Shown: positions 58,704-64,000 of the stretch, in pieces
Layout of the letters: the number at the start of each line of letters is the position of its first letter
Position numbering within the stretch: position 1 is the stretch's first letter
Source: an uncultured Aliarcobacter sp.
GTDB lineage: Bacteria; Campylobacterota; Campylobacteria; Campylobacterales; Arcobacteraceae
Length of the DNA: 64,000 bases
Reading direction: 5' to 3'
NCBI GenBank assembly: GCA_963677435.1
Contig: OY781945.1
Location: 2,816,001 to 2,880,000 of the forward strand
Notes under the pieces: model-generated
The model's database searches: none
Told to the model about the DNA's origin: nothing
Seen by the model: only the letters and a program-made list of their open reading frames with translations
Position numbers and translations under genes: made by a program

Positions 58704-59455
58704 TTTTTCTCCTTAATTAAAAATTGGGTAAATAATACCATAAGCAATGTGAAAACAAACATGATTGTACAAAGTGCATTTATCTCAGGTTTAACTCCTA
58801 GTTTTACCATTGAATATATTTTTAATGGCAAAATTTCATAATCAGGTCCTGTTACAAAAAAGCTAATAATCACATCATCAAATGACAAAGTTAAACTTAG
58901 TAAAAATCCAGCAATGATTGCAGGGATTATATTTGGCAAGATTATATTTGTAAATGTAATAAATTCTGAAGCTCCTAAATCTTTTGCAGCTTCTATAATA
59001 TTTTTATCAAAGCCATTTAATCTAGCCATTACAGTTACGATTACAAAAGGCAAACAAAATGTAATATGAGCAATAAGTAATGTAATAAATCCCAATGGTA
59101 AAGATATAAAAACGAATAACATTAAAAGTGAAATTCCCATCACAATTTCAGGGGACATGATTAAAACATAAACCAATGATTGCATTAATTTTTTTCCAAA
59201 AAAGTCATATCTATAAAGTGCTAAAGCGCCAAGAGTTCCCAGAATTGTAGCTATTACTGCTGATACAAAAGCCACACTAATTGAGTGCCATGCAGCTTCA
59301 AGAAGTGAATCATATGACATTAAATTTTCATACCAAATAGTACTAAATCCTTTCCATGCAACACTATATTTTGAACTATTAAATGAATAAATTATTAATA
59401 CGATTATTGGAAAATATAAAAGAGTATAAATAAAACTTGAATATAGTTTTCTCAT
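58700..59455 (-). CDS. potC: Spermidine/putrescine ABC permease
   Basis: SPEIVMG, EAAKDLGAS, SFDDV..SFF, PEINA. Confidence 0.93.
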   Translation of the reverse strand: MRKLYSSFIYTLLYFPIIVLIIYSFNSSKYSVAWKGFSTIWYENLMSYDSLLEAAWHSISVAFVSAVIATILGTLGALALYRYDFFGKKLMQSLVYVLIMSPEIVMGISLLMLFVFISLPLGFITLLIAHITFCLPFVIVTVMARLNGFDKNIIEAAKDLGASEFITFTNIILPNIIPAIIAGFLLSLTLSFDDVIISFFVTGPDYEILPLKIYSMVKLGVKPEINALCTIMFVFTLLMVLFTQFLIKEKK

Positions 59456-60291
59456 TTATTATCCTTCTGAACTTTTGCAAGAAGAGCTAACATAATGAAC
59501 ATAATGATTAATAAAATAACCGATGCTGCTGATCCAAATGGCCAATCTCTAAATTGTAAAAACTGATTTCGTATAAAACTTCCAATAATTAACTCTTTTG
59601 CTCCACCTAAAATATCTGGTATAAAAAACATTCCAAGTGCTGGTAAAAATACTAAAGTACTTCCAGCAATTATTCCAGGAAGAGATAGTGGAATAATAAT
59701 AGTTTTAAAAGTATTTAATTTTGATGCACCCAAATCTCTTGCTGCTTCCACTAATCTAAAATCTATTTTTTCAATAGATACATATAAAGGTAAAATCATA
59801 AAAGGAAGTAAAGTATAAACCATTCCTATAAATACAGCTGTTTGTGAATACATGATTTGTAAAGGTTCATTGATTATTCCAATCCATATCAAAAAAGTAT
59901 TCAAAAGACCATTTGTTTTTAAAATTGCTATTAAGGCATAAGTTCGCACTAATGAACTTGTCCAAAATGGAATTATCACTAATAATAAAAGTAAAAACTT
60001 GAACTTTTTTGGAGCAGTTGCAATAATATATGCAAAAGGGTAAGCCAAAACAAGTGTTATACAAGTTGTAACAACAGCTATATATAATGAATCCAAAAAT
60101 ACAGATAAATACATAGGATTAAAAAGTTTTAAATAACTTTCACTTGATGCTGTAAAAATTAAAAATTCATTATCACCTTTAGTTAAAAAACTACTTACAA
60201 ATACAAGTAAATTCGGTAATAATGCAAACAATAAAAGCCAAAACACAACTGAAAATACTGATATTTTTGCAAATAAAGAGAGTTTATTCAT
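59452..60291 (-). CDS. potB: Spermidine/putrescine ABC permease
   Basis: IPFWTSSLVRTYA, LPFMILPLY, EAARDLGA, DWPFGSA. Confidence 0.93.
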   Translation of the reverse strand: MNKLSLFAKISVFSVVFWLLLFALLPNLLVFVSSFLTKGDNEFLIFTASSESYLKLFNPMYLSVFLDSLYIAVVTTCITLVLAYPFAYIIATAPKKFKFLLLLLVIIPFWTSSLVRTYALIAILKTNGLLNTFLIWIGIINEPLQIMYSQTAVFIGMVYTLLPFMILPLYVSIEKIDFRLVEAARDLGASKLNTFKTIIIPLSLPGIIAGSTLVFLPALGMFFIPDILGGAKELIIGSFIRNQFLQFRDWPFGSAASVILLIIMFIMLALLAKVQKDNK

Positions 60292-61369
60292 TATTTAAAA
60301 GTACCTCCCAACCATCAACCCAATAAAGAAATAGTTTTGAACCTATTTTATAACCTAAGGCATCACTATCTTCGTTGTAAAATTCACTTGCTATTACTTC
60401 TTTTCCATCTTCTAGTTTTACTAAAAGGTCAATTGTAGTTCCCTTATAGATGATATTTTCAAGTTCTCCCACAAAATAATTTTGTGATTTTACATCTTCA
60501 AGATTTTTTTCAACCCTAAAATCTTCAGGTCTAATAAGGATTGTACAAGTTTCATTAAAAGTTTTTTTTGTTTTTAAATTAAATGTTTTTTCATTATATT
60601 GTAAAGTTATGGCTTCATCTTTTTGAGCAACTATTTTTGTTTCAAAGCAGTTCGCTTCTCCAATAAACTGAGCTACAAAAAGACTTTTAGGCTCTTCATA
60701 TATCTCTTTTGGAGTTCCTATTTGCTCAATATTTCCTTTATTCATAACGACAATTCTATCTGACATAGAAAGAGCTTCTTCTTGATCATGTGTTACAAAT
60801 AAAAAAGTAATTCCAAGCTTTCTTTGTAACATTTTAAGCTCAATTTGCATCTCTTTTCTTAGCTTATAATCTAAAGCACTTAAAGACTCATCAAGAAGTA
60901 AAATCAAAGGTTTATTTACAACAGCCCTTGCAATTGCAACCCGTTGTTGTTGTCCACCACTTAATTCACTTGGTTTTTTATACATATGTTGTGATAATTT
61001 AACCATAGAAAGGGCATTTTCTACCTCTTTTTTGATCTGCTCTTTTGGCATTTTTTTCATTTTTAAACCAAAAGCAACATTATCAAAAATATTCATATGA
61101 GGGAAAAGTGCGTAACTTTGAAAAACAGTGTTTATTGCCCTATTTTCAGGGGGAAGATGATTAATATTTTTATCATCTAAAAGAATTTCTCCAGCATCAG
61201 GATTTTCAAATCCTGCTAGAAGTCTAATAATTGTTGTTTTCCCACAGCCACTAGGGCCTAAAAGTGTAAGAAATTCGCCTTGAAATATATCCAAATTTAT
61301 GTTTTTTAATATGGGTGTATTTTCATAATTCTTACATAAATCTTTTAGTACAAATAAGCCTTTGTTCAT
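60284..61369 (-). CDS. potA: Spermidine/putrescine ABC ATP-binding protein
   Basis: GPSGCGKT, FQSYALFPH, LSGGQQQR, LLDESLSALD. Confidence 0.95.
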   Translation of the reverse strand: MNKGLFVLKDLCKNYENTPILKNINLDIFQGEFLTLLGPSGCGKTTIIRLLAGFENPDAGEILLDDKNINHLPPENRAINTVFQSYALFPHMNIFDNVAFGLKMKKMPKEQIKKEVENALSMVKLSQHMYKKPSELSGGQQQRVAIARAVVNKPLILLLDESLSALDYKLRKEMQIELKMLQRKLGITFLFVTHDQEEALSMSDRIVVMNKGNIEQIGTPKEIYEEPKSLFVAQFIGEANCFETKIVAQKDEAITLQYNEKTFNLKTKKTFNETCTILIRPEDFRVEKNLEDVKSQNYFVGELENIIYKGTTIDLLVKLEDGKEVIASEFYNEDSDALGYKIGSKLFLYWVDGWEVLLNNE

Positions 61370-61453
61370 ATCATTGAAATCCTAAAATAAAATTTTTTGA
61401 GATTAACATAAAAATAATTAATCTTGACTTTTTATCTTGTAATTAGATTGTCA

Positions 61454-62551
61454 TTAAAAATTTAAAGAGTTCAATCTATTTCTATAAAGGATTTTATCAT
61501 CTGCATGAATTACGCTATCTTCAATTTTTTTATTTATGATTCCATGATTTGGTGATTTTATACAAACAGGATCTGTAGCATTCATATCACCTGTTAGGGC
61601 AAAGGCTTGACATCTGCATCCACCAAAATCTTTCTCTTTTTCATCACAAGTACGACAAGGTTCTTTCATCCATTTATCACCTCTAAAATAGTTAAAAGAT
61701 TCTGATTCATTCCAAATTTGCTCTACTGTAAACTCTTTTACATTTGGAAACTCCAAAGGTAAAGTATTTGCAGTATTACATGGAAGTGCAATTCCATCAG
61801 GATTTATCGTTAAAAAAGTTGTTCCTAAACCATTCATACAAGCTTTTGGGCGAGTAGCAAAATAATCAGGAACTACAAAAAATACTTTCATATCTTTTCT
61901 TTCATTTCTATAATGATTTGTAACTCTTCTTGCCTCACTTATTTGCTCTTGTGATGGTAAAAGTGCATTTACATTTTTTAGTGCCCAACCATAATATTGA
62001 ATATTTGCTATTTCTAAATAATTTGCGCCCAACTCTTCGGCAAACTCAATGATTTCACCCACTTGATGAATATTTTGTCTAGTAATACAAGTATTTACAA
62101 TAAGTTGTAAACCTGCATCTTTTACCTCTTTTGCAAAGGCTATTTTTTCAGCATAAGAATTTTTGTTGTTTGTGATTAAAGTCATAGTATCTTTATCATG
62201 AGATTGAACACCAAGTTGTACAGTTTTTAATCCTGCCTCTTTTAGTTTTGCAACAACACCTTTTGGAGCTCCAACACCTGAAGTTATAAGGTTTGTATAA
62301 AATTTTAAATCATTTGCTTTTTTTACAATTTCTACTACATCTTTATTTAATAAAGGTTCACCACCTGAGATTCCTAGCTGAACAGCTCCCAAATCTCTCG
62401 CTTGTTCCATTACTCTAAACCAATCTTCTTTACTCATTGCATCTTTTGTTTTTGCAAAATCAAGTTGATTGTAACAGTATGCACATTCAAGTGGACATTT
62501 GTGAGTTAACTCCAAAAGAATCCATAATGGTGGTTTGATTTCATTATTCAT
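61454..62551 (-). CDS. pqqE: PQQ biosynthesis radical SAM peptide cyclase
   Basis: PPLW..ELTHKCPLECAYC, NIQYYGWA, RPKACM, DFGGCRCQA. Confidence 0.96.
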   Translation of the reverse strand: MNNEIKPPLWILLELTHKCPLECAYCYNQLDFAKTKDAMSKEDWFRVMEQARDLGAVQLGISGGEPLLNKDVVEIVKKANDLKFYTNLITSGVGAPKGVVAKLKEAGLKTVQLGVQSHDKDTMTLITNNKNSYAEKIAFAKEVKDAGLQLIVNTCITRQNIHQVGEIIEFAEELGANYLEIANIQYYGWALKNVNALLPSQEQISEARRVTNHYRNERKDMKVFFVVPDYFATRPKACMNGLGTTFLTINPDGIALPCNTANTLPLEFPNVKEFTVEQIWNESESFNYFRGDKWMKEPCRTCDEKEKDFGGCRCQAFALTGDMNATDPVCIKSPNHGIINKKIEDSVIHADDKILYRNRLNSLNF

Positions 62552-62807
62552 AACTTATCCAATTTCTATTTTGTGCTTCTTCTAAAAAAGCATTTATATC
62601 AGGTGTCAAATCATCCATTTCAAACTTTTCACATAAAATCTTATTTATATCTTCAACACCTTTTTCACCATCACAAAGATTTAGAATTTCTCCCGCACTT
62701 TGATTTAGTTGAACCATTCCTTCAGGATATAACAAAACATAACAGTTTTGTTTTTCTTCCCATTGGAACTGAAAATTTGGATTTATTTTTATTTTTTTAT
62801 TTTGCAT
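62544..62807 (-). CDS. pqqD: PQQ biosynthesis peptide chaperone
   Basis: QWE..Q..YVLLYPEGMVQLN.SAGEIL..CDG. Confidence 0.95.
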   Translation of the reverse strand: MQNKKIKINPNFQFQWEEKQNCYVLLYPEGMVQLNQSAGEILNLCDGEKGVEDINKILCEKFEMDDLTPDINAFLEEAQNRNWISYE

Positions 62808-62811
62808 TTTA

Positions 62812-63519
62812 TTACTTACAATTAAAATATGGTGGTCTTTTTAACTCATAAGCTAGATATAAAGCATCACACATTGTCCATAATATATCTAATTTAAACT
62901 GTAAAATTGATTCAGCTTTAGCTTGAAGTTCTGGAGTATTAAACTCTTCAAGTGTAATTGCAAGGCCGTGTTGAACATCCCTTCTTGCTTCACTTAATCT
63001 TTTTTGAAAATATCTTAAACCCTTTTGCTCAATCCATGGATAATTATCAGGCCAAGTATTTAATCTTTGTTGATGAATTTCAGGTGCAAACATCTCAGTT
63101 AAAGATGACATTGCAGCTTCTTTCCAAGGTGCTCGTCTTGCAAAATTTACATAAGCATCAACTGCAAATCTAACTGATGGCAATAAAAACTTATGAGAAA
63201 TCAAATCCTCTTTTTTTAGTCCAACTGCCTCACCTAATTCCAACCAAGCTTCTATTCCACCACCAACACTATCATGGTCAATAATTCTATCTAACCATTT
63301 TCTTCTATCTTCAAGTGGTGGATTATTTGACAAAATAGCCGCATCTTTTATAGGAATCATACATTGATAATAAAATCTATTTGCAACCCAACCTTGAATC
63401 TCCTCTTTTGTACATTCGCCTTTGTACATTCTGATATGAAAAGGATGATGAATGTGGTACATTCTTCCCATTCCTCTTAATTTTTTTTCAAAGTCTTCTT
63501 TACTTAAAAGCTCAGCCAT
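62812..63519 (-). CDS. pqqC: Pyrroloquinoline-quinone synthase
   Basis: [41 protein letters not shown]. Confidence 0.97.
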   Translation of the reverse strand: MAELLSKEDFEKKLRGMGRMYHIHHPFHIRMYKGECTKEEIQGWVANRFYYQCMIPIKDAAILSNNPPLEDRRKWLDRIIDHDSVGGGIEAWLELGEAVGLKKEDLISHKFLLPSVRFAVDAYVNFARRAPWKEAAMSSLTEMFAPEIHQQRLNTWPDNYPWIEQKGLRYFQKRLSEARRDVQHGLAITLEEFNTPELQAKAESILQFKLDILWTMCDALYLAYELKRPPYFNCK

Positions 63520-63540
63520 TTTTCTCTCCTACTATTAAAA

Positions 63541-64000
63541 TTAAATTTCTATACTCATACCATCATAAGATATTTCAATACCATGGGATATAAGCTCTTT
63601 ATATTCAGGTGTTGATTCATCTAAGATAGGATTTGTATTGTTTATATGTATTAATATTTTTCTTGGTTTTTCTAACTTGTCCAGAATTTCTATTAATCCA
63701 CCTTTATCACTTAAAGGTAGATGTCCCATATCAGTTCCAAGTTTTGAAGAAAAACCATTTTTTATCATCTCATCGTTTGTCCAAACAGTTCCATCAACTA
63801 ATAAAACATCTGCTTTTGCCATTTCATCAATAATATGTTTTTGAACAACTCCAAGACCTGGAAGATAAAAAAGTCTTTTCCCAGTTTTTTTATTTACTAC
63901 AACAACTCCAATATTATCTCCATCCCTTGGTTTATCTCTATATTTTGAATATGGTGGTGCATTTGAAATAAGTGGCATTGCATAAAATTCATGGTTTGGC
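63541..64000 (-). CDS. pqqB: PQQ biosynthesis protein PqqB, C-terminal part (5'-truncated by window edge)
   Basis: APPYS, DGTVW..DEM, MGHL, LIHINNTNPIL, DGM; frame open to the window end. Confidence 0.95.
   Translation of the reverse strand, partial: PNHEFYAMPLISNAPPYSKYRDKPRDGDNIGVVVVNKKTGKRLFYLPGLGVVQKHIIDEMAKADVLLVDGTVWTNDEMIKNGFSSKLGTDMGHLPLSDKGGLIEILDKLEKPRKILIHINNTNPILDESTPEYKELISHGIEISYDGMSIEI

Noticed and set aside
744..63844. Numerous short ORFs antisense or out of frame within confident genes (e.g. 744-983, 1058-1273, 3510-3701, 13651-13968, 19125-19385, 20178-20486, 28637-29031, 44873-45112, 50124-50312, 54236-54427, 62573-63844)
   Set aside because: Shadow ORFs of well-supported genes, with biased Ser/Ile/Phe/Leu composition and no RBS.
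1..64000. rRNA, tRNA, CRISPR arrays or long poly-G phase-variation tracts
   Set aside because: None recognised by eye; tRNAscan-SE, Infernal and a CRISPR finder would be needed to exclude them formally.

Overview
AT-rich (visually ~25-30% GC) bacterial chromosome segment. Gene content, gene order and AAGGA ribosome-binding sites point to Campylobacterota, most likely Arcobacteraceae (inference). Positions 1-38.8 kb are mostly core genome: a Fur-box-rich metal/iron cluster (P1B-ATPase, small ORFs, ankyrin protein, tonB-exbB-exbD), MacAB-TolC-type exporter, Kef-type antiporter, primase-like/SF2 helicase fusion, folC-lptE-leuS, yajC-secD-secF, lnt, cca, mscS, proS, hemA, ispB, hisD, aroK, a CBS-PAS-GGDEF-EAL protein and a Cache histidine kinase. 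A ~430-bp inverted-repeat element lies at 17.4-17.8 kb. The main finding is an apparently intact ~12.7-kb filamentous (inovirus-like) prophage at 38824-51512, bounded by a 15-bp direct repeat. It carries an HTH repressor facing four palindromic operators, a putative SSB preceded by a predicted H-type pseudoknot, major and minor coat proteins, a pIII-like adhesin, a Zot/pI ATPase, its own secretin, a hairpin-rich origin region, an HUH Rep, an unusual PAPS-reductase-family (PP-loop/Fe-S) protein with a probable HTH, an antisense moron, an excisionase and a tyrosine integrase. It is inserted between two divergent host -10 boxes, directly upstream of a second exbB-exbD pair. The rest of the window holds a cold-shock gene, an aldehyde dehydrogenase + DUF779 unit opposite a FIST-domain two-component system (with four 11-bp-phased repeats between them), potABCD and pqqBCDE. 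No rRNA, tRNA or CRISPR array was recognised. All assignments come from motif recognition by eye; no database searches were run.
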